A DNA stretch of 64,000 nt from a bacterium (lineage in GTDB: Bacteria; UBA8248; JACPRG01; G963555815): NCBI GenBank assembly GCA_965261595.1, contig CBDHDG010000006.1:1568001-1632000 (forward strand). The letters are read 5' to 3'. Below, piece by piece: positions 42,801-53,153 of this stretch. The notes below the pieces were generated by a model, which did not search any database, had not been told where the DNA came from, and saw nothing but the letters and a program-made list of their open reading frames with translations. The position numbers and the translations under genes are program-made. The number at the start of each line of letters is the position of its first letter. Position 1 is the first letter of the stretch.

Positions 42801-44350
42801 CGCCTTCCGATCAGGGCTGTAGACACGGGCATCTGCGTCAGGGCCGCGGTCCGCTCGGCCTTGGCCGCGTTCTCTCTCAGCACTCGGTCCACCGAGGCCT
42901 CCATGGAATGGAAGAAGGGTTTCGGCGCCAGGCCGATCCAGAAAATGAAGAGAACAATCGGTCCCAGGACCGCCCACTCCCGCACGCTGAGATCGGGCAG
43001 GGAGCGGTTCTCCTCGCGGGTCACCCCGCCGAAGATCATCCGCTGGACCATCCACAGCATGTACACCGCGCCCAGGATGACGCCCAGCGTCGCCCAGGCC
43101 GTCGCCCAGCGGTGGACCCGGAAGGAACCGAACAGGATGGTGAACTCGCCGACGAACCCGTTCAGTCCGGGCAAGCCGATGGAGGAGAAGGTCACAATCA
43201 GGAAGATGACCGCGTAAGCCGGAATCACCTTGGCCAGTCCGCCGTACGCTTCGATCAATCGCGTGTGCCGCCGCTCATAGATCATCCCCACCAGGAAGAA
43301 CAGGGCGCCCGTTGAAAGCCCGTGGTTCACCATCTGGAGGATGCCCCCTTCGACGCCCTGGGCGTTCATGGCGAACAGCCCCAACATCACGAACCCCAGA
43401 TGACTGACCGAGCTGTACGCAACCAGTTTCTTCACGTCCTCCTGGACGAAGGCCATCAGCGCTCCATAGAGAATGCCAAGAACGGACAGCACAACGATGA
43501 ACGGCGTGTAGTCCCGGGCCGCCAGCGGAAAGAAGGGGATGGCGAACCGGATGAACCCGTACGTCCCCATCTTCAGCAGAACCCCCGCCAGGATGACGCT
43601 CGCGGCGGTGGGGGCCTCCACGTGGGCGTCCGGCAGCCAGGTGTGAAACGGGAACATGGGGACCTTGATCGCGAAGGCCAGGAAAAACGCGCCGAACAGC
43701 CACCACTGGACATCCCCCGGGAGACCGAGGCCGTTCAGCTCCTGATAACCGAACGTCAGGACGCCCGTGCTCTTGTAATTCAGGTAAACCATCACCAGCA
43801 CCGCGACCAGCATCAAGACGCTTCCCGCCATCGTGTACAAGAAGAACTTGACGGCCGCGTAAATCCGCCGCTCGCCGCCCCAGACGCCGATCAGCAGGGC
43901 CATGGGGATCAGCATCACCTCCCAGAACACGTAGAACAGGAACATGTCCAGGGCGACGAAGACCCCCAGCATGGCCGTCTCCAGCAAAAGCATGGAAACG
44001 TAAAACCCCTTGACCCGATGCTGGATGTCTTTCCACGAGCCGAGGATCGCCAGCGGCGTCAGGAAGGCGGTCAGCAGGACCATCCACAGACTGATGCCGT
44101 CCACGCCCAACCGGTAGCCGATGCCGAAGCCCGGGATCCACGAAGCGGTCTCCGTGAACTGCATCGCGCCCACTTCGGGACGGAACGCGGCGTACATCAC
44201 CAGCGCGAGAACGAACGTGGCGATGGACACCGCGAAGGCAATCCCCTTCACCGCGGCCGGCTCCCGGCGGCTCCAGACCCCCACCAGGATCGCGCCGGCC
44301 AGGGGCAGGAACACGATCCAGCTCAACATCGGAAATCCCGGAGAATTCAT
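42797..44350 (-). CDS. nuoM: complex I subunit M (operon 1)
   Basis: FYVFWE and PFHTWLPDAHVEAPT. Confidence 0.94.
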   Translation of the reverse strand: MNSPGFPMLSWIVFLPLAGAILVGVWSRREPAAVKGIAFAVSIATFVLALVMYAAFRPEVGAMQFTETASWIPGFGIGYRLGVDGISLWMVLLTAFLTPLAILGSWKDIQHRVKGFYVSMLLLETAMLGVFVALDMFLFYVFWEVMLIPMALLIGVWGGERRIYAAVKFFLYTMAGSVLMLVAVLVMVYLNYKSTGVLTFGYQELNGLGLPGDVQWWLFGAFFLAFAIKVPMFPFHTWLPDAHVEAPTAASVILAGVLLKMGTYGFIRFAIPFFPLAARDYTPFIVVLSVLGILYGALMAFVQEDVKKLVAYSSVSHLGFVMLGLFAMNAQGVEGGILQMVNHGLSTGALFFLVGMIYERRHTRLIEAYGGLAKVIPAYAVIFLIVTFSSIGLPGLNGFVGEFTILFGSFRVHRWATAWATLGVILGAVYMLWMVQRMIFGGVTREENRSLPDLSVREWAVLGPIVLFIFWIGLAPKPFFHSMEASVDRVLRENAAKAERTAALTQMPVSTALIGRR

Positions 44351-44386
44351 TGCGTCCCGTTCATGCCCCGCCGTATCGCCGAAAAA

Positions 44387-46297
44387 TCAGCGCCAGGAAT
44401 AAAACAACGCGATGGCAGCTATCCCGGCCACCATAGACAACAGGTACGTCTTCGTATGCCCCGTCTGCAAAGCCCGAACCACGCCGGACAAATTCCGGAA
44501 GGCCCCGCCCACGCCGTTGACCAGCCCGTCCACCAGCAAGATGTCCACGCCCCTCCACAGGGCAAGCGCCGTGTTTCTCAGCGGGATGACGAACAGGCTG
44601 TCGTAGAGCTCGTCCACGTAGAATTTGTTCAGAAGAAGCCGGTGCAACGCGGGGAAGCGGTCCGCCGCCATCTTCGCCAATTCCGGCCGGGCCAGGTGCA
44701 TCCGGTGAGCCAGGAAGATTCCAAAACCCGCCACCGCCAGAGAAACGGCCATCAGGCCAACCTCCAGGCCCACACCTCCGTGGGCCTCCACCGATCCGGC
44801 GGCCCCCGCGAAGACCGGCGCCAGGAAGTCCCCGAGGACGTCGGCCCCCTGAATGATGGGGATGCCCACCCATCCGCCGATGACGGCCAGGACCCCGAGG
44901 ACCACCAGCGGCAGGGTCATGACAGCGGGCGACTCGTGCGGCTGGGGCGCGGCCGCGCCCCCGTAGCGGAAAGCGCCGTGGAAGGTCAGGAAGATGCACC
45001 GGAACATATAGTAGGCCGTCAGTCCCGCGACGAGGACGCCCAGCCCCCAGAACACGGGGCGGCCGCCCGCCCAGGCCTTCCAGAGGATTGCGTCCTTGCT
45101 GAAGAAACCCGCCAGGGGGAAGATCCCCGCCAGCGCCAACCCGCCGATCACAAACGTCCAATGCGTCGTCGGCATATGGCGTCTGAGATCGCCCATCTTG
45201 CGGATGTCCTGCTCCCCGCCCATGGCGTGGATGACGCTGCCGGACCCCAGGAAGAGAAGGGCCTTGAAGAAGGCGTGCATGATGAGATGGAAGATCGCCG
45301 CGCCGAACGCCCCCAGGCCGCAGGCCAGGAACATGTAACCGAGCTGGCTGATCGTCGAGTAAGCGAGCACCCGCTTGATGTCGGTCTGGACCAGGGCGAT
45401 CAGGGCGGCCATCAGCGCCGTCGCCATCCCGACGGCCGCCACCGTGAGGAGGACGCCGGGCGCCAACAGAAACAGGACGTGGGTGCGGGCGACCAGGTAG
45501 ACGCCGGCGGTCACCATCGTGGCGGCGTGAATGAGCGCGCTGACCGGAGTCGGTCCCTCCATGGCGTCCGGGAGCCAGGTGTAGAGGGGAATTTGCGCCG
45601 ACTTGCCCGTGGCCCCCAGAAAGAGGAGGAGCGTGATGGCCGTCACAACCGCGCCTCCGGCGGAGAGCTTCTCCGGCGCGGCGGCGAACACCCCCGCGTA
45701 ATCCAGCGTCCCGAACGTCGAGAAAATCAGGAACACCGCGATGGCGAACCCGAAATCACCGATCCGGTTGACGATGAAGGCCTTCTTCCCGGCGTCGGTC
45801 GCGGACTTCTTCTCGAACCAGAAACCGATGAGCAGGTAGGAGCAAAGCCCCACGCCCTCCCAGCCGACAAACAGGACCAGGAAATTATCGGCCAGAACCA
45901 GGATCAACATCGCGAAGAGAAACAGGTTCAGATAAGCGAAATACCGGGTCCGCCCCGGATCTTCGCGCATGTAGCCGATGGAATACACGTGAATGATGAA
46001 TCCGACGCCCGTCACCACGAGGCTCATCACCGCCGAGAGGGGATCGAAAAGGAAGGACGCCCGGACGACAAAATCCCCGGCGGAGATCCAGGTGTAGAGG
46101 GTCTGGTGAACGGACCTGGCCGAAACCTCCAGGCCGAGGAGCGAGATGAACGCCCAGACGGACGCGGCGAAGCTCAGGCCGACCGCGGCGCAGGCGATGA
46201 GACCGGCGTTGCGCGCTCCCGTCCACCGGCCGAACACGCCGTTCATCACCGCCCCCACGGCGGGAAACAGAAGAATCCACCAGAGATTTTCGAGCAT
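44387..46297 (-). CDS. nuoL: complex I subunit L (operon 1), normal-length lateral helix
   Basis: GWEGVG, KSAQIPL and a single VDGLVNG. Confidence 0.95.
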   Translation of the reverse strand: MLENLWWILLFPAVGAVMNGVFGRWTGARNAGLIACAAVGLSFAASVWAFISLLGLEVSARSVHQTLYTWISAGDFVVRASFLFDPLSAVMSLVVTGVGFIIHVYSIGYMREDPGRTRYFAYLNLFLFAMLILVLADNFLVLFVGWEGVGLCSYLLIGFWFEKKSATDAGKKAFIVNRIGDFGFAIAVFLIFSTFGTLDYAGVFAAAPEKLSAGGAVVTAITLLLFLGATGKSAQIPLYTWLPDAMEGPTPVSALIHAATMVTAGVYLVARTHVLFLLAPGVLLTVAAVGMATALMAALIALVQTDIKRVLAYSTISQLGYMFLACGLGAFGAAIFHLIMHAFFKALLFLGSGSVIHAMGGEQDIRKMGDLRRHMPTTHWTFVIGGLALAGIFPLAGFFSKDAILWKAWAGGRPVFWGLGVLVAGLTAYYMFRCIFLTFHGAFRYGGAAAPQPHESPAVMTLPLVVLGVLAVIGGWVGIPIIQGADVLGDFLAPVFAGAAGSVEAHGGVGLEVGLMAVSLAVAGFGIFLAHRMHLARPELAKMAADRFPALHRLLLNKFYVDELYDSLFVIPLRNTALALWRGVDILLVDGLVNGVGGAFRNLSGVVRALQTGHTKTYLLSMVAGIAAIALFYSWR

Positions 46298-46301
46298 GGC
46301 T

Positions 46302-46604
46302 TTACATTCTGAGCAGGTTGACTTCGTCCACGTCCACGGACTGCTTGTGGCGATAGATCGAAATGATGATGACGAGTCCCACAGCCGCCTCGGCCGCGGC
46401 CACCGTCATGACGAAGAAGACCAGAATCTGCCCATCCAACGTTTGAAGGAACCGCGAAAACGCGACGAGCGTCAGGTTCGCGGCGTTCAGCATCAACTCG
46501 ATGGACATGAAGATTACGATGACGTTTCGGCGCAAAAGCACACCGATGACGCCCAGGGTGAACAGGACGGCGCTGAGAATCAGATAGTGCGACAGCGGAA
46601 CCAA
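46302..46604 (-). CDS. nuoK: complex I subunit K (operon 1)
   Basis: MSIELMLNA and [11 protein letters not shown] start inferred. Confidence 0.92.
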   Translation of the reverse strand: MVPLSHYLILSAVLFTLGVIGVLLRRNVIVIFMSIELMLNAANLTLVAFSRFLQTLDGQILVFFVMTVAAAEAAVGLVIIISIYRHKQSVDVDEVNLLRM

Positions 46605-46652
46605 ATCACTTCCTCTCCGCGGTGACGCCGCGTTTCTCACAAAGATGTCGGC

Positions 46653-47162
46653 TCATTCGCTCCGCCTCGCCAGGACCACCGCTCCGATGATGGCCACGAA
46701 CAGCAGGATCGACGTAATCTCGAAGGGCAGCAGGTAATCGGTGAACAGGAGCCGGCCGATCGCTTTGACGTTCCCCACCTCGGCCAACCGCTCCGGCGAA
46801 AACGGGCCGACAGGCGCCGGCTGCGGAATCCCGCGCGTCCGGACGAAGAGGAAGACGAGGAGACCCAGGGCCATCAGCAAGCCCGCGACCTTCTGGCCCT
46901 TGAGCTTAATCGGCGTCCTCTTCTCGGCCCCCACGTTCAACAACATGATGACGAACAGAAACAGGACCATGATGGCCCCCGCGTAAACCAACACCTGGAT
47001 GGCCGCGATGAATTCCGCGTGCAGGAGCAAAAAGATGCAGGCCAGGCTGAACAACGTCCCGATGAGGTAGAGGGCGCTGTAGACGGCGTTCCTCGAAGAG
47101 ATCACCATCAGCGCCGTCCCCACGGCCGCGACCGCAAAAATGTAGAACAGGACCGCCGGCAT
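46653..47162 (-). CDS. nuoJ: complex I subunit J (operon 1)
   Basis: QVLVYAGAIMVLFLFVIM and LPFE. Confidence 0.93.
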   Translation of the reverse strand: MPAVLFYIFAVAAVGTALMVISSRNAVYSALYLIGTLFSLACIFLLLHAEFIAAIQVLVYAGAIMVLFLFVIMLLNVGAEKRTPIKLKGQKVAGLLMALGLLVFLFVRTRGIPQPAPVGPFSPERLAEVGNVKAIGRLLFTDYLLPFEITSILLFVAIIGAVVLARRSE

Positions 47163-47164
47163 GC

Positions 47165-47683
47165 TTATCCCCGCCCTCCGCCGCTTGGGACCCGCCTGCC
47201 GCCGATCGGCACCGTGACTTCCCGAGGCTCCGGCTCGGCGGGTCGTCCCTCGACCGGCGGAACGAGCAGCCTCTCCTTCCCGTAGAGCATGGATTCCCGG
47301 TCATAGTCGCAAAATTCGTAACCCTCGCCCAGGACGATGGCATCCACCGGGCAGGCCTCTTCGCACATTCCGCAATAGATGCAGCGGAGCTCGTTGATCT
47401 CGTAGATCGATGCGTACCGCTCCCCCGGAGAGACACGTTGGTCGGGCGTGTTTTCCTCCGATTCTATATAAATGCAGTCCACCGGGCAGGCCGCCTGACA
47501 GAGTTTGCAGCCAATGCAGCGCTCCATCCCCGCGTAGGGGCCGTCTTCATATCGCATCAGCTTGTGAAGACCCCGGTAGCCCGGCACCATCGGAACCCGC
47601 TCTTCGGGGTATTGGACGGTGATCGGCCTCTTGAACAAATGCCGGAACGTCAGCGCGAGGCCTTTTCCCAACTCGGTAATCAT
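47165..47683 (-). CDS. nuoI: complex I subunit I (operon 1)
   Basis: TVQYPEE and two ferredoxin motifs, CIGCKLCQAACP and CIYCGMCEEACP. Confidence 0.96.
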   Translation of the reverse strand: MITELGKGLALTFRHLFKRPITVQYPEERVPMVPGYRGLHKLMRYEDGPYAGMERCIGCKLCQAACPVDCIYIESEENTPDQRVSPGERYASIYEINELRCIYCGMCEEACPVDAIVLGEGYEFCDYDRESMLYGKERLLVPPVEGRPAEPEPREVTVPIGGRRVPSGGGRG

Positions 47684-47711
47684 CGGATTTTCCTCACGGT
47701 GGTATGGCTCA

Positions 47712-48695
47712 TCAGCCCCAGAACGCCAGGACGCCGGCCGTGATCAGGATATTGGCGAGGGCCAGCGGGAGAAGGATCTTCCAGCCGAAGTCCATGAGCT
47801 GATCGTACCGGATCCGGGGAAACGTCGCCCGAACCCAGATGAACACGAACAGGAAGAAAAACGTCTTGAGGAGGAACCAGACAACGGGCGGCAGCAGCGG
47901 TCCCTGCCAACCGCCCAAAAAGAGCGTCGAGGCCAGAGCCGAGATCGTGATCATTCCCGCATACTCGCTCATGAAGAACATGGCGAACTTCATGCTGCTG
48001 TACTCGGTGTGGTATCCGGCCACCAGCTCGGTCTCGGCCTCCGGCAAGTCGAACGGGGACCGGTTGACCTCCGCGACCCCCGCGACCATGAACAGCGCGA
48101 ACCCGAGCGGCTGAAGAAGGATGAACGGAACCTTGGCCTGGGCTTCAACGATGTCCACCAAACTCAGGGACCCGGTCAGCATGATCACCCCCACGACCGA
48201 AAGGCCCAGCGTGAGTTCGTAACTGATCATCTGCGCCGAGGCCCGAAGCCCCCCCAGCAGGGAATATTTGCTGTTGGACGACCACCCCGCCATCACGAAC
48301 CCGAGCACCCCCAGGGACGACAGCGCGAAGAAGTACAAAATCCCGATGTTCACGTCGGCGATCACCAAGTCCACCGAGACGCCGAGGACGGTCACCGAGT
48401 CGCCGAACGGGATGATGGCGAACGAGGCGATGGCCGGGATCAGGGTCATCATCGGGGCCGCCACGAAAACCCACCGGTTGGCCTCGCGGGGGATCACGTC
48501 TTCCTTGAACATGAGCTTGATCCCGTCGGCGATGGGCTGAAGCAGGCCGTGAAATCCCACCCGCATCGGGCCCAAGCGGACCTGAATCCGCCCCATGAGC
48601 TTCCGCTCCATATAGGTCATGTAGGCCACAACCAAAAGGAGGATGTTGAAGACGATTACGATCTTCACCACCGTCGCCAGCACAAAGGAGATCAT
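47712..48695 (-). CDS. nuoH: complex I subunit H (operon 1)
   Basis: [16 protein letters not shown] and RYDQLM; ATGA overlap with the nuoG stop. Confidence 0.94.
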   Translation of the reverse strand: MISFVLATVVKIVIVFNILLLVVAYMTYMERKLMGRIQVRLGPMRVGFHGLLQPIADGIKLMFKEDVIPREANRWVFVAAPMMTLIPAIASFAIIPFGDSVTVLGVSVDLVIADVNIGILYFFALSSLGVLGFVMAGWSSNSKYSLLGGLRASAQMISYELTLGLSVVGVIMLTGSLSLVDIVEAQAKVPFILLQPLGFALFMVAGVAEVNRSPFDLPEAETELVAGYHTEYSSMKFAMFFMSEYAGMITISALASTLFLGGWQGPLLPPVVWFLLKTFFFLFVFIWVRATFPRIRYDQLMDFGWKILLPLALANILITAGVLAFWG

Positions 48696-51250
48696 CCCGC
48701 CCGTTTCTCCAAAGTGACCGCCGGAACCGGCTCGCCGGCCGACAAGAGAACGTTCGAAGGGGAATCCCCCGCGCCGCTCGGGACGTAGACCGCCCCCGGC
48801 GGGGTTTTCCGGTCGACGCGCACCGTAACGGAGATTTTCCCCCTCGGTGAAGACAGGTTTACGGCCTCCCCCTCGGAAACCCCGAGGGCGGCCGCGGCAT
48901 CGGGATGAATCTCGGCGTACGCCTGCGGGCCGGCGGCCTGAATGGCCTTCGACTCGGCCGCCATCGCGCCCGTCGAAAAGAGCATCGGAGAAGTCAGAAG
49001 CCGCAGGCCCCCCGCGCGGGAAGCACCCGCCGCGTCGGCCGCGCCCCCGCCGGAAGATCCCGGCTTCGCCCGCTCCGAGGGGAGCGCTTCCGCCGCCCAC
49101 CGGAACCCGCCCTTCTCCGGCCCGCCGTTTCCGATGCCAGCATAGGCCGGAATCACTTTTTCGATCTCCTCCTGAACGGCGCCCAGGCTGTCCATCCGGT
49201 TCGGCGCGCCGAACCGGCTCATGATCTCCTCGATGATCTCCCAATCCGGCCGGACGCCGGCGCTCGGCCGGACGGCGACGGCGAGCGCCTGGACGTGACG
49301 GCCGACGCCCGTCACCGTTCCCCCGATTTCCGTCGGCGCCCCGGCGGGGAGGACAACGTCCGCATACGCCGCCGATAAATTCGGCAGGCTGTCCTGAACC
49401 ACCAAAAACTCCAGGCCGTCCAGGGCCGCCCGCACGGCCTCCGGATCAGGGAAGTCCCGAGCCGGATCCGCCCCCATGAGGTAGAGGGCCTTGATCCGGC
49501 CTTTCCGGACGGCCGCAAGGATTCCTTGCGCATCCAACCCCGCCCAGTCGGGATACCGGAGGACGCCGGCCTCGAAGAGCGCGTTGTCTCTGCCCACGGG
49601 GAGGTAACCGGGGAAGGCGTAGGGAAGACATCCCATGTCCATCGCGCCCTGAAGGTTCGGCCCGGTGTGAAGGTAGCCGCCCCGGGCGCCGGGGAGCGCC
49701 GACTCCAGTCCGGCGAACAGCGGCGCGGCCGAGGCGTCGCCGACGCCCGGCCCCATCAGCAGGGTGCAGCCTCCGGCCGCTCCGATGATCTCGGCGGCGC
49801 GGCGGAGGTCGTCCGGGCCGACGCCGGCCGTCTCGGCCAACGCGCCCAGCGGGGCTTCCGCTCCGGGAGGCGGCGACAGATCCGCGCCCCCCTCCTTCAA
49901 CGCCGCCCAAAGCCCGAGCATCAGGGCGCGCTCCGCTCCGGGCGCGTACTGAAGACGGACCGCCACGGGCGTATTCACCGAGACCCGCCGGGGATGGGCC
50001 AAAACCAGTTTCCCGCCCGCCTGGACGGCCTTCCGCAGCCGGAGCGCCAGGATGGGGTGCTCATAGAACAGGTCGGCCCCCAACACGAAGGCCGCCGGTG
50101 ATTTTTCCAGGTCCTCGAAGCCCAGGCTCAACCCCGGATATCCGCGCGCCCGAATGTAGGCGTCGGTGGCGGCCAGATCCAGGGGCTGGGTGCGCGCATC
50201 GACGTGGTTCGTGCCCAGGACCCCGCGGAGCATCTTCTGGAACAGGTAGGCGGCCTCATTGGTGGACCGCGCGCCCCCGATGCCCGCGACGGCCGCCGGG
50301 CCGTTTTCGTCCCGGACGCTTCGGAGGGTCTCGACGGTCCGGGTCAGAGTCTCCTCCCAGGTCTTCTCGGTCCGGGCCCGCGCGCGGCCCGCCGCCGGGG
50401 ATCGCAGCCGGTTCGGGCTTCCGACGAACTCCATGCCCCAGCGGCCGGCGTCGCAGATCCAGGTCTCGTTGACGGCCTCGTTGTGGCCCGCCGTCACGCG
50501 TCTGATGTCGTTCTCCCGGGTCCAGACCGTGCTCGAGCACTGAACCGGGCAGAGCAGGCAGGGGACCTCCATCTCCTCCATCTCCCAAACGCGCGCCTTG
50601 AACCGATAGGGTTTATTGGTCAACGCGCCCACCGGACAAAGGTCGATCACGTTCCCGGAGACGGTGGATTTCACGGAGACGTCTAGACCGTGGTAGGTGT
50701 CCACCATCGTCCGGTCGCCCCGATCCACGAAACCAAATTCGCTCGCCCCGTCGATCTCCTCGCTGAACCGGATGCAGCGCGTGCAATGGACGCACCGGTT
50801 CATCTCGGGCTCGATGTACGCGCTGATCTCCAGCTTGGGGTAGGTGCGCCGGACGAACTCGCTGCGGGTGATCGACTTGCCGAAGGCCATCGTGATGTCC
50901 TGGAGGGGGCATTCCCCCCCCTGGTCGCAGATGGGGCAGTCCAGTGGGTGGTTGAGGAGAAGGAACTCGACGACGCCCTTCTGGGCCTGGACGGCGACTT
51001 CGGAGGTGGTCGAGACGACCATCCCGTCGGCCACGGGCGTCGAGCAGGCAGTGAAAGGTCTCGGCGCGGCCCCCGGAGGCGGGGCCGGCTGCTGGATCTC
51101 CACCATGCACTGCCGGCATTGCGCCACAACGGACAGCTTCGGATGGTAGCAGAACCGGGGGATGTAGATCCCCAGCGCGTCGGCCGCCTGGATGATGGTC
51201 GAGCCGCGCTTGACGGTGATCGTTTTTCCATCGATGGTGACGGTCGGCAT
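48692..51250 (-). CDS. nuoG: complex I subunit G (operon 1)
   Basis: IPRFCYH, CRQC, NHPLDCPICDQGGECPLQD, RCVHCTRC, CPVGAL and the N7-type CLLCPVQC...ICD. Confidence 0.94.
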   Translation of the reverse strand: MPTVTIDGKTITVKRGSTIIQAADALGIYIPRFCYHPKLSVVAQCRQCMVEIQQPAPPPGAAPRPFTACSTPVADGMVVSTTSEVAVQAQKGVVEFLLLNHPLDCPICDQGGECPLQDITMAFGKSITRSEFVRRTYPKLEISAYIEPEMNRCVHCTRCIRFSEEIDGASEFGFVDRGDRTMVDTYHGLDVSVKSTVSGNVIDLCPVGALTNKPYRFKARVWEMEEMEVPCLLCPVQCSSTVWTRENDIRRVTAGHNEAVNETWICDAGRWGMEFVGSPNRLRSPAAGRARARTEKTWEETLTRTVETLRSVRDENGPAAVAGIGGARSTNEAAYLFQKMLRGVLGTNHVDARTQPLDLAATDAYIRARGYPGLSLGFEDLEKSPAAFVLGADLFYEHPILALRLRKAVQAGGKLVLAHPRRVSVNTPVAVRLQYAPGAERALMLGLWAALKEGGADLSPPPGAEAPLGALAETAGVGPDDLRRAAEIIGAAGGCTLLMGPGVGDASAAPLFAGLESALPGARGGYLHTGPNLQGAMDMGCLPYAFPGYLPVGRDNALFEAGVLRYPDWAGLDAQGILAAVRKGRIKALYLMGADPARDFPDPEAVRAALDGLEFLVVQDSLPNLSAAYADVVLPAGAPTEIGGTVTGVGRHVQALAVAVRPSAGVRPDWEIIEEIMSRFGAPNRMDSLGAVQEEIEKVIPAYAGIGNGGPEKGGFRWAAEALPSERAKPGSSGGGAADAAGASRAGGLRLLTSPMLFSTGAMAAESKAIQAAGPQAYAEIHPDAAAALGVSEGEAVNLSSPRGKISVTVRVDRKTPPGAVYVPSGAGDSPSNVLLSAGEPVPAVTLEKRAG

Positions 51251-51309
51251 GAATTCCCTACCTCTTGATTTCGAAAAGGGGCGGTGGCTTGCCTGCCCGC
51301 GCCTTTCTT

Positions 51310-52587
51310 CTACACAAGCGTCGGCGCGCGCCGGACGTAAGCCTCGAACTCTTTCGGGAACTTCCGGATCCCGCTCTCGAGCGGCCCGCAGGCGGCGTCC
51401 CCGAGGGGGCAGAGGCAACGGCCGCCCTTGATGTTGCCCGCCATCTCCAGGAGGAGATCCAGGTCCTCCGGTTTTCCCTGCCCGTCCAGAATGCGCCCCA
51501 GGATCCGGTAGGCCCACCCGGTCCCCTCGCGGCAGGGCGTGCATTGGCCGCAGGATTCGTGATGGAAAAACCGCATCAGGATGTATGTGGCCCGGACGAT
51601 GTCGGTCGTCTCGTCCATGACGATAACCGCCCCCGATCCGCCCATGGTCCCGATGGCGGCGAGGGTGTCGAATCCCATCCGCACGTCGATCTCATCCGCC
51701 GTGAGCATGGGCGCGGAGGCGCCGCCGGGGATAACGGCCTTCAGCTTCCGCCCGCCCGGGATTCCGCCGGCGTGATCATAAATGAGCTCCCGGCACGTCA
51801 CGTTCAGGGGCAGCTCGTAGCAGCCGGGCTTGTTGACGTGGCCGCTGACGGCGAACACCCTCGTGCCCGCGTTCCGCTCGAACCCGATGCCGGCGAACCA
51901 CTCGGGCCCCCGGGTGATGATGTCGGGCACAAAACAGAGGGTCTCCACGTTATTGACGACGGTCGGGCAGGCGTACAGGCCTTCGAGGGCCGGGAACGGC
52001 GGCTTCGGGCGGGGCTGGCCGCGCTTGCCCTCCAGGGACTCCAGCAATCCCGTTTCTTCTCCGCAGATGTAGGCCCCCGCGCCCCGGTGGAGATGAACCT
52101 CGCAGTCGAATCCCGAGCCGAGGATGTCCCGGCCCAGGCGACCCGCCGCATAGGCCTCGTCCACCGCGGCCCGCAAACGCCGGTAGGCCCGGCCGAATTC
52201 CCCGCGGACATAAAGATACGCGGTCTGGATGCCGACGGCGTAGCAGGCGATCAGGATGCCCTCGACGAGGCGGTGGGGATCCTCTTCCATGAGCAATCGG
52301 TCTTTGAAGGTCCCCGGCTCGCTCTCGTCCCCGTTCACGCAGAGGTACTTCGGCCCGGCGTGGTCTTTGGGGACAAAGCCCCATTTGACGCCGGTCGGGA
52401 AGCCCGCCCCGCCGCGCCCCCGGAGACCCGAGGCCTTCACCGTCTCGATCACCTCGGCGGGGTCGGGCTTCTCATCCAGGATCCGCTGGATGCCCTGATA
52501 GATCCCGCCTGCCAGGGCGCCTTCCAGGGTGTGGCTTCCCTCTTTGCCTACGTTCTTCGTGACGATGGGCAGGATCTCGACGCTCAT
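51310..52587 (-). CDS. nuoF: complex I subunit F (operon 1)
   Basis: GLRGRGGAGF, NGDESEPG, YICGEET and SCGQCTPCREG. Confidence 0.96.
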   Translation of the reverse strand: MSVEILPIVTKNVGKEGSHTLEGALAGGIYQGIQRILDEKPDPAEVIETVKASGLRGRGGAGFPTGVKWGFVPKDHAGPKYLCVNGDESEPGTFKDRLLMEEDPHRLVEGILIACYAVGIQTAYLYVRGEFGRAYRRLRAAVDEAYAAGRLGRDILGSGFDCEVHLHRGAGAYICGEETGLLESLEGKRGQPRPKPPFPALEGLYACPTVVNNVETLCFVPDIITRGPEWFAGIGFERNAGTRVFAVSGHVNKPGCYELPLNVTCRELIYDHAGGIPGGRKLKAVIPGGASAPMLTADEIDVRMGFDTLAAIGTMGGSGAVIVMDETTDIVRATYILMRFFHHESCGQCTPCREGTGWAYRILGRILDGQGKPEDLDLLLEMAGNIKGGRCLCPLGDAACGPLESGIRKFPKEFEAYVRRAPTLV

Positions 52588-53153
52588 GCCGACGCCTCCG
52601 TCTCATCCGCCGGGATCGTCTCTTCGGCCGGGTCCGGGCCGCCCTCGCCGCCGTCCATCTCACGGTTCCACCCGTCGATCAGCGCGTCCAGTTTCTCCGG
52701 AGTCAGGTCCACGTGGAGGTTGTCGTCGCACCACATCATGGGAGCATGGTCGCAGGCCCCCAGGCATTCCGCCCGGCCCAGGGAGAACCGGCCGTCCGGC
52801 GTGACCTGGCCGACCCGGATGCCGAGCTTTCTTTCCAGGCCCCGGATGACGTCCTCCGCCCCGGCCATGTAACAGAGCAGGTTCTGGCAGACCCACAGAT
52901 GCCGTTTTCCCACCGGCTTGGTGTGGAGCATCTCGTAGAAGCTGGTCACGCTCAGGACGTCCATCGCCGACAGCTCCAGGAGATCCGCCACGTATTGGAT
53001 GGCCCCCGGCGACAGATATCCGAACTCCTCCTGGGCAAGCCGCAGGGTGGGAATCAGGGCGGACCGCCGGAGGGGATACTGGGCGCAGAGGCGCTCGAAT
53101 TCGGTCATGGCCCCGTCGGAGAACGCCAGGGCCGTCCTTGGGGTCTCGTTCAC
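52584..53153 (-). CDS. nuoE: complex I subunit E (operon 1)
   Basis: CQNLLC...ECLGAC [2Fe-2S] motif. Confidence 0.94.
   Translation of the reverse strand: MNETPRTALAFSDGAMTEFERLCAQYPLRRSALIPTLRLAQEEFGYLSPGAIQYVADLLELSAMDVLSVTSFYEMLHTKPVGKRHLWVCQNLLCYMAGAEDVIRGLERKLGIRVGQVTPDGRFSLGRAECLGACDHAPMMWCDDNLHVDLTPEKLDALIDGWNREMDGGEGGPDPAEETIPADETEASA

Noticed and set aside
43322..46312. Very long antisense ORFs (996 aa here; also 34090-36456, 32754-34370, 26968-28494, 56390-58066)
   Set aside because: Shadow frames of high-GC genes with clear motifs on the opposite strand; no recognisable domains.
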